From assembly GCA_030265395.1 (NCBI GenBank), contig JARFYF010000001.1:56362651-56426650 (forward strand): a stretch of 64,000 nt of DNA, given 5' to 3'. Shown one piece after another: positions 26,170 to 39,141 of this stretch (positions are counted from its first letter, which is position 1; each line of letters opens with the position of its first letter). The translations under genes and the position numbers were made by a program. This DNA is from Rhina ancylostomus (lineage: Eukaryota). The notes under the pieces were generated by a model. It saw only the letters and a program-made list of their open reading frames with translations. It was not told where the DNA came from and did no database searches.

Positions 26170-26495
26170 CTGAATAAAGTACACAGACATTCAGAAACAG
26201 GAAAATAGAAACATTACTGTATAATTTTTAATCAGAATTAAATTAAGCAAACTCAAACCAATTTTCACTCTATTTAAAACACACCAACTCTTCAAGTCAC
26301 AGCAAATGTCAATTTGTTGGATTTTCCCCGAATTTCTTTTAGGTTACCACATCTAAATTTCATTCTCATTTTCTGCAAGACACATTTGATCAAGCACCAA
26401 AGGAAACAAAAGTACAGTTTGCTACTTACATAATTACTCAACAAGACTAAAGAAAATAATGTTTACTTGGTCAGAACATTTAGTCAGCTAATTAC

Positions 26496-26616
26496 CGATC
26501 TGCAATTCGTCCAACCAGGTCAATACAGTTCTCCTGCACCTTCTCATGCCTGTTCTTCAGAATTGGAGTAAGCCGTGGAAGCAGATCTTTAATCGGTGGA
26601 GTCATTTTATGCATGC
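26496..26616 (-). CDS. SF3B1: SF3B1 exon 21 ([16 protein letters not shown]...GRIADR)
   Basis: CAG| acceptor, |GTAATT donor, 121 nt. Confidence 0.97.
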
Positions 26617-26819
26617 CTGTAATATTAAAATGGCAGAAAAGTTTGTTGCAGTGTTCTTTTCANNNNNNNNNNNNNNNNNNNNNNNNNNNNNNNNNNNNNN
26701 NNNNNNNNNNNNNNNNNNNNNNNNNNNNNNNNNNNNNNNNNNNNNNNNNNNNNNNNNNNNNNAAATGTTTCTTCATGTTAATTGAAAATAAACATTCTGA
26801 ATTTAGATAGTGGACATAC

Positions 26820-26931
26820 CTATAACATTTACAATAGCTTTCAGCGCTCCCAAAATACTACCCAAAACTTCAGGATACTCTTCACCCAGGTATTCATATA
26901 GCACAACGCCCAAGTGGCCCATCAGTTTTTC
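26820..26931 (-). CDS. SF3B1: SF3B1 exon 20 ([21 protein letters not shown]...IVNVI-)
   Basis: TAG| acceptor, |GTATGT donor, 112 nt. Confidence 0.97.
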
Positions 26932-27054
26932 CTACAAGTAGAAAGGTTTGTACCATTAGCTCACGTGATTTAGACTAGAAACAGTAAAATATATCGCAAA
27001 CTAAATTCATTGCAGTAGCTAAGAAAAGTTAACTGTTCTGAAAAGCATACATAC

Positions 27055-27237
27055 CTCCTGACAGGTCTTCATAACTACTGCAATCCGAGAGATTAGATCT
27101 GCAGCCTGCTGTCGTACTTTAGCAGATTTATTGTTTAGACGCCACAATACCGTACCACAAATCTGTGGTAAATAGGGTTTTACACGCTTACCCAATGCAT
27201 TTACCACTGTACCAAAACCATTCAACATTACAGAATC
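27055..27237 (-). CDS. SF3B1: SF3B1 exon 19 ([16 protein letters not shown]...VMKTCQE)
   Basis: TAG| acceptor, |GTATGT donor, 183 nt. Confidence 0.97.
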
Positions 27238-27480
27238 CTATGGACAACAAAATCAACAATGAATATTGGAGTAAATGTATGAAAGGAAACAAAGTACACA
27301 AACACTATATACTATTATTAATCAAAATAAAATTCACGCAGTGAACATGCCATTTTAACATTCAGAGAAATTGAAATACCATCGAAGATTTCATATGCAG
27401 TAGAACTTAAAACAGCCAGCTAGCAGGGATTTGCATTGTTGCTTGAAATAGATTGGTTGAGTTAGAACATAAATGCACAC

Positions 27481-27702
27481 CTCAGTAGTCTGTTCTTGGA
27501 ATGCATACAGGATGCCATCAATGAGCTGTTCTTCTAATTTATGATCAATATCTGCAGCTCCCAGGTTACCCATGATCTTTTCAATGGTTTCCATCACCAT
27601 TTTTCTGTATTGCTCAGCTTCATCTTTTAAGTCATCGACTATCCTGGAGATTATTTCTGCTGCTCCAACCTTGTTTGCAAGTTCCACGGTAGTATCTACT
27701 AA
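27481..27702 (-). CDS. SF3B1: SF3B1 exon 18 ([13 protein letters not shown]...AFQEQTTE)
   Basis: CAG| acceptor, |GTGTGC donor, 222 nt. Confidence 0.97.
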
Positions 27703-30230
27703 CTGTTAGGAACAAAAATATAAAAATGTTATTCATGAGTACCTAAAACTTCTGTTACCTTATCTGGAATCTTCAATAGGAATGAGAATAGATAATTCCT
27801 GGTAGATCATTTCATAAGTATATTGAAAAATGGAATGAAAGGTTTGAAATCAGCATAGTTTCTCAACAGTACATGAAGTATTGAACCTTGCCCTGCTACA
27901 ACTGTACTGGGAATAGTATTACAAGGACAGTCTCCATATGTTAATTGGAGCAAACAGTGATAATGTCCTGTTCCATTACAATAAATCTCAATTAGTTCCT
28001 AATACACACGTTCCAGAAAATCATTTGACTGTAATCCCTGAATTTTCTTTCCTGTACTGTAGACTACTTTAATTCCTCTCACTATGATCTTCTGCCTCTG
28101 TGTATTACCAAAATTAGAAAATGCTATTTTCCTGAAAAAAGCATGCATATTTAAATGATAAAATGGCAATGGATAAAATAAATGACTTTTTGTAGACAAA
28201 CCTCCAGGACCTTAATGATTTCTACTATATAAATTGAAACAGGGAGGAAAATGACAGATATTTTATCAATACACAAGAATGATCAAGGAAAGAAACCAGT
28301 TGACTACAGGTTTGCCAATTTATTAAGGACAGGCAACAGTGATGACTGAACAATACAAGCTCATCAGAAAGACAGCAACGATTTCTGATGGGTAGATAGC
28401 GTCAGACTAGATGAGTTTAAGTTTTAACAGGCTGGGAAGAGAACGATCTGCTGTCTTCTTCAATTGATAAAGTTCCCAACAAGAGACTGACAGAAAATTC
28501 AAGTGAATGAAACTAGCAGGCAGTGAACATAGTAAAAGTATTCAAATAGGATCAAGCTACAAAAGGGGAGAAAGTTCAGAGACATGAGTTCACTATGGGA
28601 GGTTATCCATCTTGGATCCAAGAGACACAAACTGGACAGTTCTAAATTTTAAGAGACAAGTTACTAATAGAAGGAATCCAGGACTGCTGTGTTCATGATT
28701 TATATCAACAATTTGTCTTCGGAAACAAATATGCAATTGCTAAGTTTACTATTGCTGCCACATTGATAGGGAGCAAGTTAGGAAGGGTATGGAGTCAATA
28801 TCAAAAAGGAACAATGTATTAGAAGTTGGTAAACTTGATGAATAGGAATATAATTGATCCATTTTCTGCTTTGATCAGTGTGAGGCTTCAATGTTTTGTT
28901 AACAGATGCGAGGAGGTCAAAGATTACCTGGAAAGTAAGAAACTTGGGTTCAGGAGCAATAGGATCTGAGTACTTGTGCACAAATCACCAAGAGTAGCAA
29001 TAGAGATTTAAAAAGGCCACCAAAAAGTCAAACCAAGCACATTTGGAAAACTGCGTCCAGCATTTATTGCCATATTTTAAAAGGATTGAGAGTCACTGAG
29101 AACAGAAAATCAAACTTATATCTTTCAGGAAACAAATCGATCATTTAACTAACTTTTGGGTTCTGAGGATCACTCACAAGACCAGCATTTGCTGCCCATC
29201 CCCAATTGTCCTTGAATGTGGTGGCGACCCACCGCCTTCACCCAGTGCACTTCTTCTGGTGAAAGGATCCCCACTTTTCTGTTGCAGAAGTAGTTCCAGG
29301 AATTAGGCCCAGCAATAATGAATGGTTACCAATATATTTCCAAATCAGGTTGTTGTGTGACTTGGAGGGAGCCTGTCAGTTGTAGTGCCCGGGTTCCTGG
29401 CTTCCTCTTAATTAGTTACTTGTCTCTTAAAATTTAGAACTGACCAGTTTGTCTCTCATGGATTCCTGGCACTGACTATGTGGGACCTCATTTTCCACCT
29501 TTAGCCATTATGAATATCTACCTTTTGTGCCCATGTTTTTATCTTGCAACCAACTACCTTTGCATTCTGCTGACTTTCCCATGACCTTATTCATTGATCA
29601 ACGAATGGTACTTAAAGGCTTTCTGCAGATCCCATACAATTAATTCAATAAGACTAGTCAAGACTTTGCCTTTCAAAATTGGACTATTTATTACTTCTTG
29701 ATCTCTAAACATTTTCTTCTTTACTTATAGTGGGGTTTTCATTACTCTTCAAAACATGAAACTGCATTTTGTTCTGACAAACTATTTAATACAAAGTAAA
29801 TATAAAATTATAAGTCTAGATATAGCGCATCTGGACCTTTATTTAAATTTTAAACTCATCTTACCATATTATTTCAGCTGATATGCTTGAATTCTATGAT
29901 AGTAGTTACCTGGTATTTTTGCCTGTTTGCTGTCAATGCCTGTGTTTTACTCTTATCCACCCCCAAGGGGCCATAACCCCATACAGACTTCCCTTGTCTG
30001 CAAAACTTACTTTTTTTTTTACATCCCTTGTTAATTTAAATTGATAGTTCATCTGTGCTTTTCTAGTACACTCTTCTTCCATTTCTCTAGGTGTTATACC
30101 TTTCTCCCTGGAGTACATGCCCTTAACTGTAACTTTTATTTTGTACCTTTATTCATCAGTGACCTCATTATATCAGGTATATGTTATCCTAATCTCCACT
30201 GACTACCTGTACCAAAACAAACTGTTTTAC

Positions 30231-30356
30231 CTGTCTGTAGTTTCTCCTGTCTAAAGCCATTCGATGCTGCCAAAAGTGCTTGAAGAATGGAGGAAGGATT
30301 TCAGTTTTGATGTAGTTGGCTTCCACACCATCTGTTCCACAACACTGCTTTACCAC
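30231..30356 (-). CDS. SF3B1: SF3B1 exon 17 ([17 protein letters not shown]...DRRNYRQ)
   Basis: TAG| acceptor, |GTAAAA donor, 126 nt. Confidence 0.96.
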
Positions 30357-31210
30357 CTACAAATAACAAGTACAATTAATTACCAGAAGCTACTATGATT
30401 AATTTTCCATTAGTTAAACCACTTTAGAGACAAACTCCTTTTGCAATGAATGGAATAATTAGGAGGTTAGACCACGCATAACATAATGTTCTTTGTTTGC
30501 AAACTACTTACAACAATAAATCCCATTCATTAAATTTGCAACCATGTTAGCACTATATTAGCAAAGCATATTGGGAGAAAGTGCAGCACCTGGAGTCAAG
30601 AATGCTGAAACATAGTATTTTAAAAGGAGTAGCAGTGTGTTTTTTTTAGTTTTACAACTATGCAAATTTAAATTATACTCTAATACAGGAAGTGGATGGG
30701 CTGATCATCTATACCAACTTAAAATAACACAAGGGTCAAAATTATAGTATGGATACACCCATTTTACCTGAACACAAATATTTTCAGGACATTAAAATGA
30801 TTCCAATTTGTTTCTCATAAAAAAATACTTATTAAAACATCAAAAGGAATCATACAGCAGTCTGAGGCCATTCACCTTATCATATGCATCAGGTCTATCA
30901 CCCTTCTCTAGTCCTGAAAATACTTGATGCACATCATTCCATTGATTCTGTTTCACTCAGGCTGTGTACTTCAGATCACAAAGTAATTTTGTTATATTAC
31001 CCCAATCTCCTTTCCTTTCATGTTTCATTCACTAGTCAAACACAATTATACAGAATTAAGATTACTTACATATCCCCCAAGACATGACTAACAAAGGATA
31101 ACATCCAGCAGCAAAAACTCAACAAGACAGTAAGCTACAATATTTAGTTATGCTCAAAGTTGTTAAGTATAATTTCTAGAATATCACCACCATAAAAGTT
31201 ACAAACTTGC

Positions 31211-31357
31211 CTTGAGTACAATTTTTTTCATTTCTTCATCAGGAGACTGAAACTCTCGGATAAGGATCAGCATCACTTCTCGTGTATAGTAGTTAGCATA
31301 TTCAGCATCCATAAGGGGAATGAGGTAACCAATAGCCTTTAAAAAGGCAGCCAAACC
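31211..31357 (-). CDS. SF3B1: SF3B1 exon 16 ([17 protein letters not shown]...EMKKIVLK), ends at a GC donor
   Basis: TAG| acceptor, 147 nt, donor AAG|GCAAGT; frame joins exon 17 (VVKQCC). Confidence 0.94.
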
Positions 31358-31880
31358 CTAGAACAGACCATATTGATATTAGGTGCCAGAGAACAATATT
31401 CAAGCATTCAAACGAACACAATCTGATCAATAAACAGCAAAATGGTGGTTGAAACTAGGATACTCTACTAAACCGCAGAATGCCAAAAGAAAAAGCACAC
31501 TGTGAAAGCCAAATGACTTTACATTTCAAGGGAGAAATACATGACCAAGCCAACAAATCCTAATTGCTGGATCATCTGAACATCATGAGATTTCTTGAGT
31601 TGCCTGGTTCTTGTTGGAGAACGACACACAAAGTCGGAACAACACAAAAGGAACTTCAAACCTTATGATTAATTTTTGTAAAACCTTTATCTGCACACAT
31701 TAAATTGACTAACATCTCATCAATATTTGTTTTTTACATAATGCAAAAAAAAATTCAGATCCTAAAAACATTAAAATAGTCTATTTTAAGTTCCTTCATA
31801 TTTGTTCTAATGTGTAATGTTATTACACCTGCGCACTGACAATAGTCAAACCACTGAAAGATCTACAAAATTATGCTTAC

Positions 31881-32026
31881 TTTGCCTCTGTGCTGTCGAA
31901 TACCTTTCCACAATGGTTTTAGAACAGAGTCAAATGACTCAATGCCGTATGGGGTTGCAGCTTCAGCCAAGGCAGCAATAGCCAGAGCACTGATAGTTCG
32001 TACCTTCTGCTGTTCATCAACTAGAC
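31881..32026 (-). CDS. SF3B1: SF3B1 exon 15 ([11 protein letters not shown]...IRQHRGK)
   Basis: CAG| acceptor, |GTAAGC donor, 146 nt; K700-equivalent intact. Confidence 0.97.
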
Positions 32027-32215
32027 CTGTGGGGCAAAAAAAATCCATATGATCAAATTATGCAATCATTCAACTTCAGATATAATGAACTACAATAACA
32101 ACTAAAATCATCTATACATATTTTATGTAAAGTCTAAGTGAATTTCTCAGTTGGTCAATTACTAAGTGGGATGGACAAATAACTTTAAGAAACCATTTAT
32201 TCTGTTAATACGTAC

Positions 32216-32486
32216 CATGTTCAATAATCTCAACCAAGCTCCTCAAATGAGGCAAGATGGCACAACCCATAAGGATGGCAATCTGCTGCACAATTTTGAT
32301 TCCTGTGTGCCGAGCCTGCCATGATTTCTTGCTCTTGCACACAGCTTTGAGGAAAGGCAGCAGTGATGGAATACCCAGAGCTGAAGCAACAACAGCAAAG
32401 GCTCTGGCTGTTGTGTTTCGTACATATTCATCCATGTTATCAATATCTGGACGCATAGTAGAAATCATGGTGGCAAGACCTGCAGC
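32216..32486 (-). CDS. SF3B1: SF3B1 exon 14 ([14 protein letters not shown]...LVEIIEH-)
   Basis: TAG| acceptor, |GTACGT donor, 271 nt; residues equivalent to human E622/R625/H662/K666 are wild type. Confidence 0.97.
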
Positions 32487-32623
32487 CTAATAATACAGAA
32501 CAACAAAATGTCAATCCAATATACAGTCAGACCAGGATTTTTCCCGTTCTGTGGAAAGACAGACAAATTTTCCATTTTAAACTTTATTTGGGTTTGAAAC
32601 ATTTTAAGGGACTGCATTCAGAC

Positions 32624-32710
32624 CTTTGCTAAGTTAGAGATGATTTCTCTGCCTTCCACTCTTGCATAATAGTCTTCATCAATCAGCAATGGCTCAATAA
32701 CCACAAGAAT
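32624..32710 (-). CDS. SF3B1: SF3B1 exon 13 ([29 protein letters not shown])
   Basis: CAG| acceptor, |GTCTGA donor, 87 nt. Confidence 0.97.
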
Positions 32711-33139
32711 CTGTAACAAAGTGGCAACAATTTTGTTAGTAAATAAAATAATATACAAATACCTATCCCTCACTATCAAAATAGACAGGAAATAGTAAAT
32801 GCTAACAGCCAGTTTGACCGACTTTCTGATTCTCAAGAGAAACTTATGTTCACCATCTTGACAGAAACATGAGGTTAAGGCTTTATTCCTATATGACTTA
32901 TAATTCTATTTAAGGCAGCTCATTAAATGGTATTTATGATTGTTATTCTTACTTCACTTGTTTGCATATATCAAATTATATATGTATTGTACACAGTACA
33001 TCAGGCACACCAACATCAAATAGCCCTTACGTTTCTCCCTCCCCCCCCAATGAAAATGAAATCCTAGATTCAAACGTTTTTTTTAAAAAAAAGTAATAAA
33101 TATCATTTACCATTACCCGACCATAACTAACTCACACAG

Positions 33140-33920
33140 TGTGTGGGCTGATAATTGCCAGAAAACTGGTGGGTAATGCTTCAACAATTTCGTCTAACCA
33201 TCTGGCTTTCACATTCCATGGGATTACCATCATCAAATTCTCCATCATTAATCAGAACCTATCTGCACCAACAAGAGGCCAGGTTTCCTGCAGCATGTCA
33301 CAAAATCCTAAGGACTATCCACCATCAAAAAAGCACAAGTCAGGAGTGTGATGGAATATTCTGCATTTCCTGGATGAGTGCAACTTCAAGTTTATCATTC
33401 AGATCAAAGCAGTCTAATTGTTTGGCATTCCATTCTGAACATGTATTCTCCCCCACTGGCACATAGTGGTTGAGGTACTTCTACAAAATGCACTGCAGTT
33501 ACTTGCCCAGGCTACTCTTGACAACTCCTCCCAACCCCACAGCCTCCAATGCTGAAGACTAAGGCTTTAGGAACATGGGAATTCCAAGTCACCCCCTATC
33601 CAGACTTGGAAGTATATTGCCAGTCCTTCATTGTTGTTGGGTCTAAATTCTGGAACCATCAGCACTGTGTAAGTACCTTCACCNNNNNNNNNNNNNNNNN
33701 NNNNNNNNNNNNNNNNNNNNNNNNNNNNNNNNNNNNNNNNNNNNNNNNNNNNNNNNNNNNNNNNNNNNNNNNNNNNNNNNNNNCATCAGCACTGTGTAAG
33801 TACCTTCACCAGAAAGATTACAGCAGTTGAAGATGGCAGTGTGTCACTGCCTTCTTGAGGGCAATTAGGGACAGACTATAAATACTGCCCTTGCTAGCAC
33901 TGCTCAGATCCCAGGAAATG
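33140..33920 (+). mobile_element. Decayed non-LTR retrotransposon 3' end (CR1/L2 group) in SF3B1 intron 12
   Basis: Shares cctggatgagtgca...tacaaaatgcactgcagt...cttgagggcaattaggga...ataaatactgcccttgc with 40830-41440 (+) and related pieces at 16570-16850 and 29160-29400 (-). Confidence 0.55.
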
Positions 33921-34654
33921 AGTGCAATAAAAAATATTTAACTTGAATTTTGTTTCTACCACTACCCAAAATTGATAAACTGAATAATTTGAATCTGAAA
34001 GACCTGTCAATCCATTATCATTAAGTTGCCCAGCATAAACATCCAGGAACCCAAGGGAAACTAATAAAATTTACCAACAGTAATCCCACCACTGAGACTA
34101 CCAGAACAAGACAATCATGGTTATGACTATTGCCTCACTTCTTCAAAGTTCACCTGCCATTAAAAAAAAAGCATGGCAGACATAGGGTAGAATAGGTGGA
34201 CTTGTACAACTGAAGCTACAACGATCAATCTAAGCACCCGATGCACGTCTTGGTTGGTGCCCTGTGGGTCAATGTCCAGCAGTAGCACAATATAACAAAA
34301 CCCTACAGGATACATTAAGCTAATATTAATAGGATCTAGCAGGTTTACAACTTCTACCACTCATGAGAAATAACTTCACAAAAATATTACAGCTGTCAAT
34401 CTTGATTTGGATACATCAACACTTGTTCTCACTGCTGGGTAACAGTCCAAGAATTTCAGAAAACCACTGTGGAAGCATCACAGGTGTTGGTTATTTTTGT
34501 TTTGACAGTAGTACAACATAATCTCTGGGTAATTAGGAAAAGGCAAAAAAAAGTCTTACTAGCATTGTGCAGGACAACAGTTTTCTAAATAAAAGGTGTA
34601 ATTGTTAGGTTTGTCTTTAACAGGATACACTAAAAACTCACCCAACAGACATAC

Positions 34655-34834
34655 CTTGTGCACATATGGTCGGACCAAATCATCCAACTTGTAGAGGATT
34701 CTGTCAATAACTTTAACCAGCAAGTGGCGCTCCTGGTCTTCAAGAGTTGGAGACATCAGCAATGGGAGAATCTGATTGAACAGGGGACCAGCTCCAAATT
34801 CTCTGGCTTTATCAGTAATTTGACGCAAAGCAGC
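34655..34834 (-). CDS. SF3B1: SF3B1 exon 12 ([16 protein letters not shown]...VRPYVHK; HEAT repeats)
   Basis: AAG| acceptor, |GTATGT donor, 180 nt; preceded by a 94-nt intron. Confidence 0.97.
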
Positions 34835-34928
34835 CTTGAAGTGGGAGGAGAAAAGAAAAGTAACATTTTTTCCCCCAGAATGACCCAACCAGTTATAACT
34901 CTCAGAAAAAAAATTTATGCCTGCCTAC

Positions 34929-35030
34929 CTTCCTCATTGGAGGAGTGCCATTCTTTATTTTCAAAAGCAACTTCATTATCTTTCTTTCTTTTTGCTCTTC
35001 TGGACTCAGGGTAGATTCATCAACTTCAAC
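34929..35030 (-). CDS. SF3B1: SF3B1 exon 11 ([34 protein letters not shown])
   Basis: CAG| acceptor, |GTAGGC donor, 102 nt. Confidence 0.96.
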
Positions 35031-35834
35031 CTGGTGAGCACAAATAAGAAAATATGCCTGTTAAGTGCTGCAACATCTTGAATCAGATTGTCCAAAACTT
35101 CCTTCATTCANNNNNNNNNNNCATTCAAGAGTTTTACAGCATCCTACTATCAAAACGTTTAAATGAAAACATTCATCTGCACTGGACACAGATCGCCATT
35201 ATTTGGTTGCCCTCTTCATATGGTAGACCATGCTTTCTTTTTACCTTTTCAGTTGAGTCAATATCCTCATCACTAAAAGCTATATAAAAAAAACAAGCTC
35301 CTCAGTTTTGTAAAAAATTTAAAATGGAGATAGAAGTACCCATGCCCGCTTTCACACTGCGGCACGCCCTCTACATTGTGTGCTTGTGGATTATAGTCGA
35401 GGAGTAGTGGGAGGGAGTTAGGGTGGATTGAATCCATCACCACCCTTTTCAGTCAAAGTGCAATATAATAGTGGTGGGGACCCGGGGTGGGAGGTAGATA
35501 TAATCTATTACCATATAACCTGTATTGTATTCTAGGATATGAAATATCATAATCCTAATATCTTGAAGCATTTTAAAAGTTCAGTTTCAATTTGCTTTCT
35601 CCTAGTGTAAACTTTCAACTAATAAATCTGCACATGTGTAAACCATATAGAGACCATGATAAATATACATAGGAAGACATTTACTTTAATTCCAAAATAG
35701 GAAGCGATTGATGAAACCTGTATACAGTCGATGTAATTTATTTGACTACAATCTCTATCTCAACAGTCCTATTTACTTTCCATGTATGAACTTAAGTTTT
35801 AGTGGTCAATTACAACATTCTCAACTATACTTAC

Positions 35835-36032
35835 CAACAATTTGTCAAAGTACTGGATGTCATCAGGCTTCAGAAATGGTAGATTACCAGAGGGCTGATC
35901 ATTCATATTCTTTGCTGAACGTTCCTCAGATTGCATGTGGAAACCAGTTAGACCTCCAAGTGGTGTTGGTGTTGCAGTCAGTTTACGAGCAGGTGTTCTG
36001 ATTGGAACATAACCAGCTGGAGGTGGAAGGAC
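35835..36032 (-). CDS. SF3B1: SF3B1 exon 10 ([17 protein letters not shown]...[10 protein letters not shown])
   Basis: CAG| acceptor, |GTAAGT donor, 198 nt. Confidence 0.96.
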
Positions 36033-37870
36033 CTGAAAGCATTTAAAAGCAAGCTATTAATGTTCAATCAATACATGATACCAACAATTCAGACAAAACA
36101 AGACATACAGTATCTCTTTACCCTTCTGCACTTTCTTACGTGGACAATTCTTTCCTTATTCAAGAGGCAAAGAGTAACATCGCTTGGTGAACAATTTTAA
36201 AGTGAGAAAATTATCAAATAAACTTCTGCCTTGTTAATAATTAATAAATATCTTTTGCAATATGCCACTAACATAATTTGCCAAAGAGCTAATATATCAC
36301 TTCTGAGATGACTCTCCAGTAGGTTAAGCTTTCACTTGTATGACTAGCTTAGAAGTTCTTCAAAATCTGAAGAGCTGTTTTCCCAGATACAAATTTGAAA
36401 GCTGCAGCAGTTTCATTTGAGAGTGTAGCCCTTATCTCATGCTTGTTTGTCATTTTTAAACACTGTCAATATTGAGGTTAATACTCTCTACCATCTGGTG
36501 AACCCTAGACATGATGATAGAGTGCTGTAAATGTTTCCTATGACTGCCACCCATGTCACAATGCACACTGATACATTTGGTAAAACTTACAATGTGGGCC
36601 AACATTTCTGACCATGTTGCAGGAAAATAATTGAGAGAAATTAGCTACATGGTTAACCAGACTGTAATAATCAGTATCAAAAATAAAAAACTGAAAATGT
36701 TGGAAATCTGAGATGCTGTAAACATTCATATTAGGCAGCATCTGTTGAGAGGAAAACAGTTGGTCAATGGCTTTTCATTGGAAATCTAAAGAGAGATGAT
36801 CTCCGTTTCTCTGCTGCCTGACCTGTTCAGTACCGCCAGTAACATCTTTAATTACATCTGAATTTTCAGGTTCTATTCTGCAGATGCAGAGTTCTGTTCA
36901 GTATGTCTGTTCCTACATTCTTGACTAATACAAGGCTTGGTCATCACGAACCCAACCTACCTGCTCAAACTCACTGTCTTCATCTGCCCACAGTTTTTTC
37001 TGATGCTAAGACCTGTATGATATGATACTCTGCAACCAAATTAGTGAGATGCAAGTAGGATAGACCTATTGCCAGGAGACAACATCATACACAGCTCAGA
37101 GTTCACACATCATACACAGCTCAACACTTAGACACTCAGAGGTCAAATTCCAAATTACTGTCAACTCTGAAGCATACAAGAGAATGGACCTTGCATTTCA
37201 CATCCACAAAGAGGTCATCTACCTTCTAGCCCTCAAGAAAGGTCCCTTAGGCAGCTCTTGCCCCACCCATGGCAAAACCTGCAGGTCACACATTGGCCTG
37301 TTCAGCTATCTCAAAGCCCCAAACTGGAGTGAAAGCTGAGTGACGACAACTTCTACCAGTGTTTCTCAAGAATACCCTGAAGTCTGACAGCTTAAATCGA
37401 CTCTGAAGAGCTTTTTAACTGTTTTTAAAAATCTGAAGCACGTTCATATAAATTAAACAAGATTAAAAATTGAATACATTAAAATACTAACAAATAATTA
37501 AGAAAATTAGGTAAGGTAAGCAAACCACTCACTGGACTTCTTCCATTCCTTCAACAGTCCTCTTTGCTATAAAGCTGAAGTGAATCCAGACATGTTCTTC
37601 AACACCTTGTGCTCCACTGCTGTGCTGAATAGTGTGTTCAGCAACAGAGAGGACAGCCAAATGTGCTGAGAAAAGTCCAAGACATGCCGAGCTGCAAACA
37701 GCTAATAGTCTGAAGTGCCAGTTACCAATAAGCAAAATTTGGTTTACTTTCTCAACCATAATACACAACCTCAGCAGTAAAATCTCCAAGCAAACCCAAT
37801 GCCTTCTGTTCAGTACAATTAAAACAAAATAAACAGAATACAATAATGCACGAAGTTTAGACTACATTAC

Positions 37871-37992
37871 CTTGTAGCCTTCAGGGAACATTGCATCCAG
37901 TTCTTCATCTGTAAGTGGACGATTCCTTTCATCGATTTCTCGCTCCCAACGCCAAGCCTGTAGTTGTTCAGGTGTCATACTCATCAAGTGAC
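37871..37992 (-). CDS. SF3B1: SF3B1 exon 9 ([19 protein letters not shown]...FPEGYK; p14/SF3B6-binding region)
   Basis: TAG| acceptor, |GTAATG donor, 122 nt. Confidence 0.96.
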
Positions 37993-38687
37993 CTAAGAAA
38001 TTGAATTACTTCAATATTTTCTCTCTGAATAATTTTCAAAAGCTCCTTGTAGAATTCTGTCATTTCACAACCTGTCAACTTATTTACATCCCCAATATAG
38101 TTGTTCTTATCAAGTTGGAAATTACTGCAATAAACATTAATATTAGGAACAGGATTACAAAGCATTGTGCTTTTTGCTGCAACAAATTTTAAACTTCTAA
38201 TCAGTGATTCTGATAGTTAGATAATTAGTTAAATTATCTGTTCTATAAACCTCTATTGATTAAAATCAACATTTTGAGAACCAGAATTAAGTCAGTAGCT
38301 CTAGCTTTCAGTGCAGAAAATCAGGGTCTTTGATCATCAACTAGAAACCAGAAGAAGTGTTTGACAAAAACAAAGTGCTGAAAATATCTAACAGATGAGA
38401 CAGCGTCTTTGGACAGACAAACAGTTAATGTTTCGAGTATCTTAATATTGGAATGGAAGTGGACATTTTATCAAGGATGATGACCATATCAACTTCAGTA
38501 ATGTTGGCTCCTTATCCTCCACAATCCATGCTCAGATATGAAAAGAAGCCACTTGGTAAAGTACCAGTAGTCTACTGGCTATTAAACTACAAACATGTGA
38601 TCAAACACAAAATACAGCATTTAATGGTGATCCACCAGATATAAATTCAGTAAACGTAGTTTTTATTTTATAACTAAAATCACATAC

Positions 38688-38903
38688 CTGGTGTTGGTGT
38701 TGCCATAGCCATTGCTGGCGTGCCTTTTGGTGTGATTCCACTTGGAGTAAGCAATGGAGTACTACCTCCCATCTGACTAGCTGGTGTTTCATCCCAACGA
38801 GATTTTCTTTTACTTGCACCAGGGGTTGGAGTTTCACCTATGGAGTCACCTCCACGATCTGTACGTGGTGTCTCAGCCCATCCACTGCCATGTCCAGGTG
38901 TTT
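38688..38903 (-). CDS. SF3B1: SF3B1 exon 8 ([17 protein letters not shown]...MATPTP-)
   Basis: CAG| acceptor, |GTATGT donor, 216 nt; seen in ORF 38680..38949. Confidence 0.96.
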
Positions 38904-39141
38904 CTGAAGTTAAAATAATGGACAGTGAAAAGGAATTCAATATTAACACTTTAAATTATGAAAAGATAATACTCCCATTAACGATAATCTTTGTAAGTGC
39001 TCTTACTTTATATCAAGATTTTTGAGATTTCAAATTAATCTGTTCAAAAATACTCCAAGGAATAAAGATATTCTCCTTAACTATTTTAATGAGAATCACA
39101 ACAGTACTACGCAATTTCCTTACAGAAAGACTTCATCTCAC

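Noticed and set aside
31881-32486. Possible natural substitutions at SF3B1 cancer hotspots
   Set aside because: E622, R625, H662, K666 and K700 equivalents all read wild type.
33657-33810. Exact 27-bp direct repeat flanking a 100-N gap (same pattern at 46811-46964)
   Set aside because: Identical k-mer on both sides of a placeholder gap is a scaffolding overlap artefact, not a TSD or CRISPR repeat.
35344-35462. gcccgctttcacactg... with an internal hairpin, possibly a Harbinger-type MITE
   Set aside because: The second terminal inverted repeat is too degraded to support a call.
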